DNA from: an uncultured bacterium
GTDB taxonomy: Bacteria; Patescibacteriota; Gracilibacteria; UBA1369; PNNO01
Assembly (NCBI GenBank): GCA_963704705.1
Contig: OY969931.1
Coordinates: 1,080,001 to 1,112,000, forward strand
DNA: 32,000 nt
Reading direction: 5' to 3'
This document shows positions 1 through 9,529 of the stretch, piece by piece. A model generated the notes under the pieces. It was given only the letters and a program-made list of their open reading frames with translations. It did not search any database and was not told where the DNA came from. The number at the start of each line of letters is the position of its first letter. Positions within the stretch are counted from its first letter, which is position 1. The translations under genes were made by a program, and so were the position numbers.

Positions 1-6
1 AATAAC

Positions 7-1527
7 ATGAACTTTAAAACAAGAAAAATCAGATATAAAAGAAGAAGCTATTTTAAAGATATTGCAAATAGAATCGGTTCAATATTCAAACATAATAAAA
101 CGATAAACAACGTTAAACATAAAACAAATTTTGGTTTAATCGTATCAATTATAATTGTCGTTGTTCTTTTCTTTTATGGTTGCAGCGTTGTTATTTCAAA
201 AATTGGATTAATTAATGTTATTGGATTTTTCGGGGAACCGTTAGATACAGATGTTTATGGAAATACAAATATATTAATGCTTGGAACGGGTGGTGGTGAC
301 CATGATGGGGCAGATCTAACAGATACAATAATTGTCGCAAGCATTGATCAAAAAAATAAATTAGTTCCGATGCTTTCAATTCCGCGTGATTTTTATGTTA
401 ATGTCCCTCAGTTGGGCGGAGGTTTAAGAATTAATAATATCTATGAACTTGGAAAAGAAAAATATGATTCAGTAACCGGAATTCAGCTAGCAAAACAAGC
501 GATTGAAGATATTACAGGAGTAAATATCCATTATTATGTAAAAGTGGATTTTGCCGGTTTTAAAGACATTGTTGACAGTCTTGATGGTGTTGATATTTAT
601 GTTGATGAAGCAATACATGATCCTTATTACCCTAAAGAAGAAACTACTCAATACGAAACATTTGATTTACCTGCAGGGCAAACACATATGGATGGTGCAA
701 CAGCGCTTAAGTATGCAAGAAGCCGAAAAACAACCAGCGACTTCGACAGATCAAAACGTCAGCAAAAACTTTTATTTGCTATAAAAGCAAAAGCCATGCA
801 AAAAAATATTTTACTTAATCCGGGTAAAATAACTGAATTATATAATGCTGTTAGCAGCCACATTGAAACAAATCTTTCAATAAGGCATATAATTGAACTT
901 GCTAAAGTTTCTCAGGATTTCAATCAGGAAAACATTGTTTCAAAAGTAATGACTGATGATCCAACCCGCTGTGGTGGATTCCTTTATGTGCCTGAAAGGG
1001 ATTTATTCGGAGGAGCATATGTTCTTGTGCCTATCGGAAATACATATAATTTTATTCATCAGTATGTTGATTTGATTTTCCATTATCCTGAACTCAATAA
1101 AAATCCAATCAAAATTCAGGTATTGAACGGTACCAAATCCCCTGGCCTGGCAGTTGAAAGTAAGGCTATACTGCAAAGGTTATGTTTTGATGTTATCAGA
1201 TACGGCAATGCACAATCACAAAATATTGAAAATACGACACTTTATTATAAAGAAGCTCCGGCTTCATCTGAAGAAGAAGTTGATACAAAACAAAACGTGC
1301 CTGATGCGCTTTATTTCATTAAGCAATTAATTCCAGGTGAAATTTCAACTGATATCCCTGAAAAATATTTTGAACCTCAATATGAAAGTGACGCTGATGT
1401 TATTTTGGAATTAGGTGAAAATTATGCAAAGTCAAAACCAAACGATATTTTCTATTTATACTACCCTACTGACAATGGCTCAAGTGAAACAGCAGAAACA
1501 ACTACCGCAGAAACTCCCACCGAATAA
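7..1527 (+). CDS. LytR-CpsA-Psr (LCP) family protein with C-terminal LytR_C-like domain
   Basis: ORF 506 aa; N-terminal basic + TM segment, LCP motifs (NILMLGTGGGDHDGADLTDTIIVASID, MLSIPRDFYV, GATALKYARSRKTTSDFDRSKRQQ), C-terminal IQVLNGTKSPGLAV.. typical of LytR_C. Exact start uncertain. Confidence 0.9.
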   Translation: MNFKTRKIRYKRRSYFKDIANRIGSIFKHNKTINNVKHKTNFGLIVSIIIVVVLFFYGCSVVISKIGLINVIGFFGEPLDTDVYGNTNILMLGTGGGDHDGADLTDTIIVASIDQKNKLVPMLSIPRDFYVNVPQLGGGLRINNIYELGKEKYDSVTGIQLAKQAIEDITGVNIHYYVKVDFAGFKDIVDSLDGVDIYVDEAIHDPYYPKEETTQYETFDLPAGQTHMDGATALKYARSRKTTSDFDRSKRQQKLLFAIKAKAMQKNILLNPGKITELYNAVSSHIETNLSIRHIIELAKVSQDFNQENIVSKVMTDDPTRCGGFLYVPERDLFGGAYVLVPIGNTYNFIHQYVDLIFHYPELNKNPIKIQVLNGTKSPGLAVESKAILQRLCFDVIRYGNAQSQNIENTTLYYKEAPASSEEEVDTKQNVPDALYFIKQLIPGEISTDIPEKYFEPQYESDADVILELGENYAKSKPNDIFYLYYPTDNGSSETAETTTAETPTE

Positions 1528-1531
1528 TAAA

Positions 1532-2203
1532 ATGCGACTCGCACGTTTCATTGCAATGAATTCAGAATATTCACGCAGAAAAGCTGAAGACCTTATTAGT
1601 GAAGGGCGTGTTAAATTAAATAATAAAACATCCAAATTAGGTGAACTAATAAACATTGAAAAAGATAAAGTTTTTATTGATGGCAAAATCCTCAAACCCA
1701 TAGCAGCAAGAATTACTTTAATGCTAAACAAACCTGCCGGTTATACAACTACAAAAAAAGACCCGCATGCCAATAAAACCGTAATGGATTTGATTCCTCA
1801 TAAAGATGTTTTTCCGGTAGGAAGACTTGATAAAGATACTGAAGGGCTTCTTTTACTTACAAACGATGGTGATTTAGCATATAAATTAACTCACCCAAAA
1901 TTCGAACATGAAAAGGAATACTATGTTGAACTTAAAAATCCTGTTTCAAATGATGAAATTAAAAAAATCGAAAATGGCATAATTTTAGATGGCAAAAAAA
2001 CCGCTCACTGCAAAATCACGAATCATAAACTAAATAAATTAAATATAACTTTACACGAGGGACGCAAGCGACAAATCAAAAGAATATTTGAAAAACTTGG
2101 CAATAAAGTTATATACTTGTACCGCTTACGAATCGGTACGCTTGAATTGGGTAACTTAAAAATCGGTTCATACAGAATAATAAACAGTAAAGATATATGC
2201 TAA
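1532..2203 (+). CDS. rRNA pseudouridine synthase, RsuA/RluB/RluE family
   Basis: ORF from ATG at 1532 (RLARFIAMNSEYSRRKAEDLISEGRVKLN, S4 domain; NKPAGYTTTKKDPH, PVGRLDKDTEGLLLLTNDG, EGRKRQIKR). The longer ORF start at 1415 overlaps the upstream gene. Confidence 0.92.
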   Translation: MRLARFIAMNSEYSRRKAEDLISEGRVKLNNKTSKLGELINIEKDKVFIDGKILKPIAARITLMLNKPAGYTTTKKDPHANKTVMDLIPHKDVFPVGRLDKDTEGLLLLTNDGDLAYKLTHPKFEHEKEYYVELKNPVSNDEIKKIENGIILDGKKTAHCKITNHKLNKLNITLHEGRKRQIKRIFEKLGNKVIYLYRLRIGTLELGNLKIGSYRIINSKDIC

Positions 2204-3084
2204 CAAGCTTTCTTAATTTATATGCAACGATTGCTCTTGGTTCTCCTGTAAATATACAAAAAAAGCCTGAAATTGAACCATTAACGATCTCTTACGAAGA
2301 TACAATCCCTGTTTCAATGATTCCAGTAAAAAAAGAAACAGCTGTTGCGCCAATTATTGACGCTGATGCAGCTATTATTGTTGATTTTGATAGCGGAGAG
2401 ATTTTATGGGGTAAAAATGAGAATAAAAAAATGCAAATAGCGAGTATTACAAAGTTAATGACAGTAACCTTAGCTCTCGAACAGGACGATTTAAATGAAA
2501 AAGTAATTGTCAGTAAAAATGCAGCTAGTACCGAAGGCTCAAAAGTATGGCTTTATTCAGGCGAAGAAATAACTTTAGGAAATCTTGTTAAAGCTGCTTT
2601 AATTCATTCTGGCAACGATGCTGCGGTTGCAATTGCAGAACATGTTGGCGGCACAACCGAAGAATTCGTAAAGAAAATGAATGAAAAAGCAAAAGAATTA
2701 AAACTCTACAGTACTCATTATGCTAATCCAATTGGTTTTGATGATCTTGAAAACTATTCAACTGTTCGCGACCTTTCATCTTTAGCAAGATATATTTATA
2801 GAAAACCATTTGTAAGAGATACTGTTAAAACTAAAAATACATCTGTTTCTTCTGTTAATGGCGAACTTACACACGAACTCTCAAGTACAAATGAATTGTT
2901 GGGAAGTTTTTTAAAGGTTTTGGGTCTAAAAACTGGACATACGGAAGCAGCTGGATTATGCTTTATTTCGATAATTGAGAATGACAAAGGCAACAAAATC
3001 ATCACTATTGTTTTAAATAGTCCTGACCGATTTGGTGAGACAAAAATGCTTGCCACTTGGGCATTCCGATCATATATCTGGTAA
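2197..3084 (+). CDS. D-alanyl-D-alanine carboxypeptidase (peptidase S11, PBP5-like)
   Basis: Motifs ASITKLMT (SxxK), SGNDAAV (SxN) and KTGHT (KTG). Confidence 0.9.
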   Translation: MLTSFLNLYATIALGSPVNIQKKPEIEPLTISYEDTIPVSMIPVKKETAVAPIIDADAAIIVDFDSGEILWGKNENKKMQIASITKLMTVTLALEQDDLNEKVIVSKNAASTEGSKVWLYSGEEITLGNLVKAALIHSGNDAAVAIAEHVGGTTEEFVKKMNEKAKELKLYSTHYANPIGFDDLENYSTVRDLSSLARYIYRKPFVRDTVKTKNTSVSSVNGELTHELSSTNELLGSFLKVLGLKTGHTEAAGLCFISIIENDKGNKIITIVLNSPDRFGETKMLATWAFRSYIW

Positions 3085-3096
3085 AAATCCTCCTAA

Positions 3097-4164
3097 ATGA
3101 CAATCATATTCGACCTTGATATTGTTTTAAGACATTTATTACTCATTTTCTTTTCATTCACCACAGCTTTTTTGGTTGCACTACTGTTAGCAAAGCCATT
3201 TTTAAAACTGCTTAAAAAATATAAAATTAATAAACAAATACGCGAAATCGCATCAACCGGTGAAAAAGCAAGCCGTTACCACGAAATGCACAAAAGCAAG
3301 GCAGGCACTCCAACAATGGGTGGCATTTTAATTTGGGGAACAACATTAATTATTGTTCTTGGAAGCCGGGCACTTTCAGCACTCGGCGTTACCGGTAGCT
3401 CTCTTTTAAACAGAAAAGAAACATGGCTGCCAATAGCCACTCTTATTGCCGTAGCATTATTGGGCGCTTTGGATGATTACTTTAATATTCGCGGACTTGG
3501 CAAATCAAAGGGCATAAATATTAAGCCTAAATTTTTCTGGCTAACTATATTTGCATTAATGGGAGGACTTTGGTTCCACTTTAAATTAGGTTTTGATCAG
3601 GTTCATCTGCCTGGTTATGGAGATATAATGATGGGAAGCTGGTATGTTGTATTATTTATGTTTGTGATACTTGCCACTTCAAATGCAGTTAATTTTACCG
3701 ATGGCCTTGATGGACTCGCAGGCGGCTTACTTGTAATTGCGTTTGCTTCATTCAGTGTAATTGCTTTTGCAAACAGTTTATTTATATTATCAGCTTTTTG
3801 TGCTGTTTTAACTGGCGCAAACTTAGGATTCTTATGGCACAATATTCCTCCTGCCAAATTTTATATGGGAGATACAGGCTCGCTTTCAATGGGGGCCACG
3901 CTGGGGGTCATAGCAATGATGACCGACTCCTTTATTGCCCTTATTTTAATTGGATTTATTTTTGTTATAGAAACTCTTTCAATAATTATCCAGATATTTT
4001 CAAAAAAAGTATTCCACAAAAAAGTATTTAAAGTTGCGCCGCTTCATCATCATTACGAATACATCGGCTGGCCTGAGAGCAAAGTTGTAATGCGATTTTG
4101 GATAGTGGGAGCAATATTTGCAATGTTCGGTCTAATTCTATCGCTGGTTGCAATTAACTTTTAA
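3097..4164 (+). CDS. mraY: phospho-N-acetylmuramoyl-pentapeptide-transferase
   Basis: 355 aa multi-TM protein with GTPTMGG, NAVNFTDGLDGLA, FMGDTGSLSMG, APLHHHYE. Confidence 0.95.
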   Translation: MTIIFDLDIVLRHLLLIFFSFTTAFLVALLLAKPFLKLLKKYKINKQIREIASTGEKASRYHEMHKSKAGTPTMGGILIWGTTLIIVLGSRALSALGVTGSSLLNRKETWLPIATLIAVALLGALDDYFNIRGLGKSKGINIKPKFFWLTIFALMGGLWFHFKLGFDQVHLPGYGDIMMGSWYVVLFMFVILATSNAVNFTDGLDGLAGGLLVIAFASFSVIAFANSLFILSAFCAVLTGANLGFLWHNIPPAKFYMGDTGSLSMGATLGVIAMMTDSFIALILIGFIFVIETLSIIIQIFSKKVFHKKVFKVAPLHHHYEYIGWPESKVVMRFWIVGAIFAMFGLILSLVAINF

Positions 4165-5945
4165 AGTTCAAGTATAAGCGCGCTGTCAGAGACAACAGGA
4201 TTTAATTTTTCATCTACTATTTGCTGAACTTCATCGTCAATTACAGGATCAGCCAATTGCACAACTTCTTTAGTTATTTCCACATCAGGATCAGTTAAAG
4301 AATCTTTAATATCGTTTTCAAGAACTGAATGAGTTGTTTCAGCAAGCTTTACAATTTCAGCATTATCTTCAGCATCAGTTTCAGCAACTTCAACAAGCAC
4401 TTTTGCTGAATTCAAAGTATTAACTTGTTCTCCGATTGCAGCTTCACCTTGAGTTGACTCATTATCATAAGCAATATCAATAACTTTTTCCTGCGCTTTC
4501 ATTAATGTTTCCTGCGCAAGATCATTTTTTTCTTCTTTTAATAAATCCTTTGCTTCAATTATTTTCTCTTCAGCTTCTTTTAATTCTGCGCTATTTTTCT
4601 CCTGGTTGTCAGTAATTACTGTTAATTTTGCTTCTCTTAAAGCTTCCTTTAGTTTATATAGGGGATCGCCAGGCAGCACTACAGCAAAATCTTTTGATCT
4701 ATTTGATAATGCATCATTAAAATATTCTTTAAGTTCTTCGGAACTGCTTACAGTCCCGTTAATTTCACTTATTATTGATTTGAATTCCTGAATTAAAGAA
4801 TCAGCTTCTCTGCTTTTATCTTCATTAATATAAACTGCTGCTTCATTTAATCTCTTAAGTGCAATTTCAATTTTAAGTTTTGCATTTTCTTCAGGATTAC
4901 TTGTTAGCAATAGTTTAGTTGATTCATTTATTTTTTTTGCAGTATATAATGGATTTTCAGGTGTTAACCCGGCTTCTGACTTTGTTTTAACTTTGTTTTC
5001 TTCAACAACATCATTTTTATATTGTTTATCTTTTTCTATATTATCCTCTACCCACTGCTGATCTTCTAAAGAATTAATAGTTCTTTTTGCAACCTGAGGA
5101 CTTTCAAGATCAGCTGCAATAGAATATCCTTCTAAAACCATTTGTTTTTCATCCTGCATGCTTACCTCTATTCTATTATCATAAACTGATACCAATGTTT
5201 GTGCGCTGTTATTAGCCTTTACTTCAAAAGAAGCTCTTTCGGATGCATTTGCTGTAACATCTTTAGCTTCAACTTTAAATGATGATTCTTTTCCAACTAT
5301 ACTAACAACCTGATTCCAAACTCTTCCCTTTTTAACTTCAATCTCAACTTCTGTTTTTGAACGTTTAATTTGATCCTGATACAGTTTTCTTATTCTTAAT
5401 TCCGAATTAGGAGAAAGACGGCTTACGCTATCATCAATATATCTTACTATTGAAGTGCCATTTTCACCTGTTATTAAAGTGTCTCCTTGCTGCAAATACA
5501 TATTAGCTTCCGCCTGTATCGTAACATCATCACGAATTAAATCCACATCACCGCTCACATAAACTATTGTTGTTTGCCTTGCTGCTTTAATAACCGGTAT
5601 ATCTGAAATATAAACAGTTCCAACCATAAATGTAATTACAACAAGCAAAGTTGAAGCAAAAACCTTTTGCCACTGCAATGCGAATGATGATTTGTGGGAC
5701 TTCGTAAAAGAAAGTAAAGTTTGGCCCAAACGAGCTTTAAACACTGAATTTGGTTTTATATCCTCAGCCAATTTTGAAATTATATTTTTTAGTTTTTGCA
5801 AAGATGGATAAAGTTCAAATTTATTTTCATGTTTTATAGAGCTTAATATGTTATGCTTCATCTCAAGTTTTGTTTCAGACTTAAGACAAGGCTTTTTAAG
5901 CTCTTTTAATGAGTTTTCCAGTTTTTTGTATTTATCGATCTCCAT
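4161..5945 (-). CDS. FecR-like domain protein with DUF5667-like repeats; putative partner of adjacent sigma factor
   Basis: 594 aa; one TM segment, FecR-like core (GDVDLIRD...GDTLITGENGTSIVRYIDDSVSRLSPNSELRI), two PLYxxK(K/L)...E...KL-type helical segments (NPLYTAKKINESTKLLLTSNPEENAKLKIEIALKRL; DPLYKLKEALREAKLTVITDNQEKNSAELKEAEEKI). Confidence 0.7.
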   Translation of the reverse strand: MEIDKYKKLENSLKELKKPCLKSETKLEMKHNILSSIKHENKFELYPSLQKLKNIISKLAEDIKPNSVFKARLGQTLLSFTKSHKSSFALQWQKVFASTLLVVITFMVGTVYISDIPVIKAARQTTIVYVSGDVDLIRDDVTIQAEANMYLQQGDTLITGENGTSIVRYIDDSVSRLSPNSELRIRKLYQDQIKRSKTEVEIEVKKGRVWNQVVSIVGKESSFKVEAKDVTANASERASFEVKANNSAQTLVSVYDNRIEVSMQDEKQMVLEGYSIAADLESPQVAKRTINSLEDQQWVEDNIEKDKQYKNDVVEENKVKTKSEAGLTPENPLYTAKKINESTKLLLTSNPEENAKLKIEIALKRLNEAAVYINEDKSREADSLIQEFKSIISEINGTVSSSEELKEYFNDALSNRSKDFAVVLPGDPLYKLKEALREAKLTVITDNQEKNSAELKEAEEKIIEAKDLLKEEKNDLAQETLMKAQEKVIDIAYDNESTQGEAAIGEQVNTLNSAKVLVEVAETDAEDNAEIVKLAETTHSVLENDIKDSLTDPDVEITKEVVQLADPVIDDEVQQIVDEKLNPVVSDSALILEL

Positions 5946-5989
5946 GATTATTCTTGTTCGCTTATATAAACGAAAAGTTTAAGTTTTTG

Positions 5990-6568
5990 TTACTCTATAT
6001 TAGAAATACCCATATCTTCCAAAGTCTGCTTAAGTGCTTTGAGTGCTCTGAATTGCAAAATTCTAACACTTCCCTCGCTTTTTTTAAGTGTTTTACTTAT
6101 TTCTTCATTGGAAAGATCATTAATAAATTTCAAAATCACAACCTGTTGATAACTCTTCTTCAATTTCCCTATAGCATCTTTTAAATTTTCGTTATTTAAA
6201 GTAAGATCCGCCCTTTCAATAGGGTTTGATTCTCTTCGGGTCTCTTTTATTCTCGTATCAAGTGAACTATGTTCGCGTGTGAGCCTGTAATGATCAACAA
6301 CCATATTATGTGCAATTCTAAAAATCCAGGACTTAAAATTGGTATTTTTCTTTTTTCTGTACTTTTTAATATTTTCCCAGGCTTTTAAAAACAATGTTTC
6401 AGTTAAATCTTCAACATCGTCTTTTTTTACTTTAAAAAATATATACCTATATATAGGCGTAACAAAATGATCATAAAGCTTCCCAAAAGCTTCGGCATCA
6501 CCTTTTTGGCTTTGCCTCACTAATTTCTCAACTTCTTCATTGGTATATTTTTCAGTATCTTCGGACAT
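5990..6568 (-). CDS. RNA polymerase sigma factor, sigma-70 family (ECF type)
   Basis: Region 2 (AFGKLYDHFVTPIYRYIFFKVKKDDVEDLTETLFLKAW...FKSWIFRIAHNMVVDHYR) and region 4 (LKKSYQQVVILKFINDLSNEEISKTLKKSEGSVRILQFRALKALK). ORF opens at 6619; ATG at 6568 (MSEDTEKYTNEE) is the more plausible start. Confidence 0.88.
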   Translation of the reverse strand: MSEDTEKYTNEEVEKLVRQSQKGDAEAFGKLYDHFVTPIYRYIFFKVKKDDVEDLTETLFLKAWENIKKYRKKKNTNFKSWIFRIAHNMVVDHYRLTREHSSLDTRIKETRRESNPIERADLTLNNENLKDAIGKLKKSYQQVVILKFINDLSNEEISKTLKKSEGSVRILQFRALKALKQTLEDMGISNIE

Positions 6569-6641
6569 AAAAAATGTATTTAAGTTCGCTCCCTGTATAG
6601 GTAAACCAGGAAGATTCAAATTTTTTACAAAATCTTACAGT

Positions 6642-7556
6642 TTAAAAAAGGACTTTCTCTGCTCTTTTTACTTCATTTTCACTTCCTATTAAAATAGGCG
6701 TTCTTTGATCGAGACTTTCGATCTCAATTTCGAGAATACGTTTTTTGCCGTTAGTTGCACGGCCTCCGGCCTGTTCCATCAATAGTGCCATTGGTGCACA
6801 TTCATATAAAAGTCTTAATTTTCCATCCGGTTTTTCTTTATAACCAGGGTAAGTAAAAATACCTTGCTCCTTCATGAAAATATGATTGATATCAGGGACC
6901 ATTCCGCCTGAATACCTTAATGTGTACTGTTCTTTCATCCATTCTTCAACCAATTTCATATATTTTTCTTCTGTTGCAACCGCTCTTAAATTTCCCGGTG
7001 CAAAATTTCTGGCATCTTTTTCAACCTGAATATTCTCTTTAGATAAAACAAATTCGCCAACTACATTCAAAATAAACTCATGCACGCCTTTTTTTGTTGT
7101 ATAAAGTAAAGTCACGCGCGGACCATAAACAATCACAACAGCAGCTACCTGATCATCACCTTTCCTGCCGATAATTTTGTCTCCTTCATAAATCCCAAAA
7201 ATACTTCCAATTGCAAAATTCGCATTAACAAGTGAGGAACCATCCAATGGATCAAATACAACACTATATTTTCCTTTTTTATCTTTTCCTATCTTACATT
7301 CTTCGTCCATTTCTTCGGAAGCAAGACAACAGGTGTAATGTGAATCTTCAAGTTCATTAACAAAAATCTGATTCGACAATACATCAAGCGCAAGCTGTGC
7401 TTCTCCATACATATTAGAAGTACCTGCAAGCCCCAAATCACCCGTTTGCATCGCATGATGAACATATTTGGATGTTACAGCGATTTTCAAAATCAAATGC
7501 CTTAAATCGTGGTCTATCTTGCTGTCGCGTAAGTGTTTATCTAATGAAATAGTCAT
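6642..7556 (-). CDS. fbp: class 1 fructose-1,6-bisphosphatase
   Basis: YSVVFDPLDGSSLVNANFAIGSIFGIYEG, RYSGGMVPDINHIFMKEQGIFTYPG, YECAPMALLMEQAGGRATNGKKRILEI. Start likely at 7556 (MTISLDKHL), two bases from the upstream fba stop. Confidence 0.93.
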   Translation of the reverse strand: MTISLDKHLRDSKIDHDLRHLILKIAVTSKYVHHAMQTGDLGLAGTSNMYGEAQLALDVLSNQIFVNELEDSHYTCCLASEEMDEECKIGKDKKGKYSVVFDPLDGSSLVNANFAIGSIFGIYEGDKIIGRKGDDQVAAVVIVYGPRVTLLYTTKKGVHEFILNVVGEFVLSKENIQVEKDARNFAPGNLRAVATEEKYMKLVEEWMKEQYTLRYSGGMVPDINHIFMKEQGIFTYPGYKEKPDGKLRLLYECAPMALLMEQAGGRATNGKKRILEIEIESLDQRTPILIGSENEVKRAEKVLF

Positions 7557-7557
7557 A

Positions 7558-8601
7558 TTATCTAGTATTAACGTATAATTCAGCTCTGTTTGCAGCATTA
7601 AAAGCCTCTGTCAGCATCATTTTCATATGTTCTTTAATTTCATTCTTTGCCGCTGTCATATCAAGCTTATCAACTTCATCTAAAAATTTATAAAGAACTT
7701 TTCTGAATGGCTTGCCGTCTTCTTTTGCTGTTTGCTCCATCTTCTCAGTTAATTCTTTAGGGAAGTATTTAAACCAGATATTCTGAAGTGAAGTTGCATA
7801 ATTAAATTTGCGAGCTCCTGCATCAACAGCTTTACTGAACATCTCAGGAGAAATTCCCGAACCACCATGAAGCACACCATAGCAATCCAAAGGTCGTATT
7901 CTGTCACAAATTTCTTTGATTCTGTCATATCCGATAACCGGTTCTTTTAAATAAACTCCATGACCATTACCTACAAAAAACGCCAAAGCCTCAGGTTTAA
8001 CAGCTTCTACAATCTGAATAGCCGTATCAACCTTGGTAAAATAACTTTCGATATTCTTTTCCAATTCAGGGTCAGCCAAAGCACTGGCAGCTCCAATCTC
8101 TCCATCCTCAACTTCAAGACTCATTCCAAGCGGATGGATTTTTTCAGCTATTTCATAACTCTTTTTAATATTTTCTTTCAATTCCTTTTTAGACAGATCA
8201 ACTTCTACAGAACTAAATCCAGCATCGATCGCTCTTTGAACACAACCATCAACATCTTTTTGGATATGATCGTGATGTAAACAAACCGGCACTGCATAAC
8301 CATATCTTTTAATTCGTTCTTCAATTGCATTATGAGTAAAATCAGAAAGCTGATCCGGCATCATAGGACAATAACCGGTTTCGCTCTCGGCTATTTCAAG
8401 AATAATAGGTGCCTGAAGCTCCCATGCAGCATCAAGAACCGCTTCACCAATATGAGCATGGCGAACATTACAAGCAGGAATCCCAAAACTATTATCATCA
8501 GCAATTTTTAAAAGCTGTCGTAAATTAAAAAGCGTGTAACCACCAGTTAAAACACGTGCATTTGGGTTCACATCCTTACTAAAAGCAGGTACATCTGACA
8601 T
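7558..8601 (-). CDS. fba: class II fructose-bisphosphate aldolase
   Basis: 347 aa; PACNVRHAHIGEAVLDAA, VCLHHDHIQKDVDGCVQRAIDAGFSSVEVDLS, EVEDGEIGA, LHGGSGISPEMFSKAVDAGARKFNYATSLQ. Confidence 0.9.
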   Translation of the reverse strand: MSDVPAFSKDVNPNARVLTGGYTLFNLRQLLKIADDNSFGIPACNVRHAHIGEAVLDAAWELQAPIILEIAESETGYCPMMPDQLSDFTHNAIEERIKRYGYAVPVCLHHDHIQKDVDGCVQRAIDAGFSSVEVDLSKKELKENIKKSYEIAEKIHPLGMSLEVEDGEIGAASALADPELEKNIESYFTKVDTAIQIVEAVKPEALAFFVGNGHGVYLKEPVIGYDRIKEICDRIRPLDCYGVLHGGSGISPEMFSKAVDAGARKFNYATSLQNIWFKYFPKELTEKMEQTAKEDGKPFRKVLYKFLDEVDKLDMTAAKNEIKEHMKMMLTEAFNAANRAELYVNTR

Positions 8602-8682
8602 AATTTTTAGGTTAATTTTGAAGCGAAAAGCCGGATAAAAATATACAGTAATTTAAAAAGGTGATCAAATTTAAATCACAAT

Positions 8683-8711
8683 TTGACAAAATTGCTATAA
8701 ACTTTTAAAAT
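8683..8711 (+). promoter_or_regulatory. putative sigma-70-type promoter for the 8744 ORF
   Basis: TTGACA (8683-8688) - N17 - TAAAAT (8706-8711), 32 bp upstream of the ORF. Confidence 0.5.
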
Positions 8712-8743
8712 TATCACCTAATAGTTTTTTAAAAGCATTAATT

Positions 8744-9076
8744 ATGAAACAAAATATCGAAGCAAGACAAGCTGAACCTTTATCTGATGCAACTAAAATC
8801 CTTGCGGAATTATATGAGTCCACAACAAATCACCGAGACCAAGTTGCATCTCACATTGTAAGCAATATTGAAAAACTTTCAAATCCAGACACTTGCATAA
8901 CTAAAGCTCAACAACGCCATCTTGAATACCTAATAAATCAATCAGCCAGGTTAGTTGTTGAAGGTGAAAGCGTAGATGTGCATAGCACACAAATAATTAC
9001 ATTCATAAATTCAATTAGGCTAGAATGCCTTAATTGTCTTAATAAAGAATGTGCGAATCGTGATCCAAAAGCATAA
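8744..9076 (+). CDS. hypothetical protein with C-terminal CxxCxxxxC cluster
   Basis: 110 aa ORF with own candidate promoter; no recognised family; C-terminus LECLNCLNKECANRD. Confidence 0.55.
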   Translation: MKQNIEARQAEPLSDATKILAELYESTTNHRDQVASHIVSNIEKLSNPDTCITKAQQRHLEYLINQSARLVVEGESVDVHSTQIITFINSIRLECLNCLNKECANRDPKA

Positions 9077-9111
9077 AAAAGACCTCTCGGGAAAGCCTAT
9101 CCGAAGAGGTC
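9075..9111 (-). terminator. Rho-independent terminator for the minus-strand rsmH/ftsL-like operon
   Basis: Inverted repeat GACCTCTCGG...CCGAAGAGGTC (9081-9111) followed on the minus strand by TTTTTT (9080-9075). Confidence 0.75.
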
Positions 9112-9157
9112 CTTTGCTAGTTGCCCAACCTTAGCAACCCTATCTGGAAAATCGAGA

Positions 9158-9514
9158 TTAGGATTCGTTTAAAGCAAGCGCAGTGTTGCCTCGTACAAAA
9201 TGTATTTCGCTCGGAGTTCTCATTGAATTCGCTTTGTCAGTCAAAGAAAGCTGCGAAAGAGCCTTCTTTTCCAATAAGTCTTTTTTTAGCAGCTCATTTT
9301 GTTCATAAAGAGCTTGCTGCTGCACTTCTAAATATTTAATCGTGTAACCTTTTGTTGAAACATGATTAAAATTCACAAGCATCGACACGCTTAAAAAGGT
9401 TATAAGCAATCCCATTGAAAGGATCATCATAAACGATTTTAGTCTTGCTGGATTGAAAGATTGCTTCCGTTGTCTGAAAGCCAGAGTGTTACGATGAACG
9501 AGTACTTGTGACAT
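9158..9514 (-). CDS. FtsL-like / septum formation initiator-like small membrane protein
   Basis: 118 aa, single TM then short coiled coil; located directly downstream of rsmH, the canonical ftsL position in dcw clusters. Confidence 0.55.
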   Translation of the reverse strand: MSQVLVHRNTLAFRQRKQSFNPARLKSFMMILSMGLLITFLSVSMLVNFNHVSTKGYTIKYLEVQQQALYEQNELLKKDLLEKKALSQLSLTDKANSMRTPSEIHFVRGNTALALNES

Positions 9515-9529
9515 TTATATATAAGTTAA

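Noticed and set aside
1415-1531. N-terminal extension of the pseudouridine synthase ORF
   Set aside because: It overlaps the LCP gene and encodes low-complexity non-family sequence; ATG at 1532 gives the normal S4-domain start.
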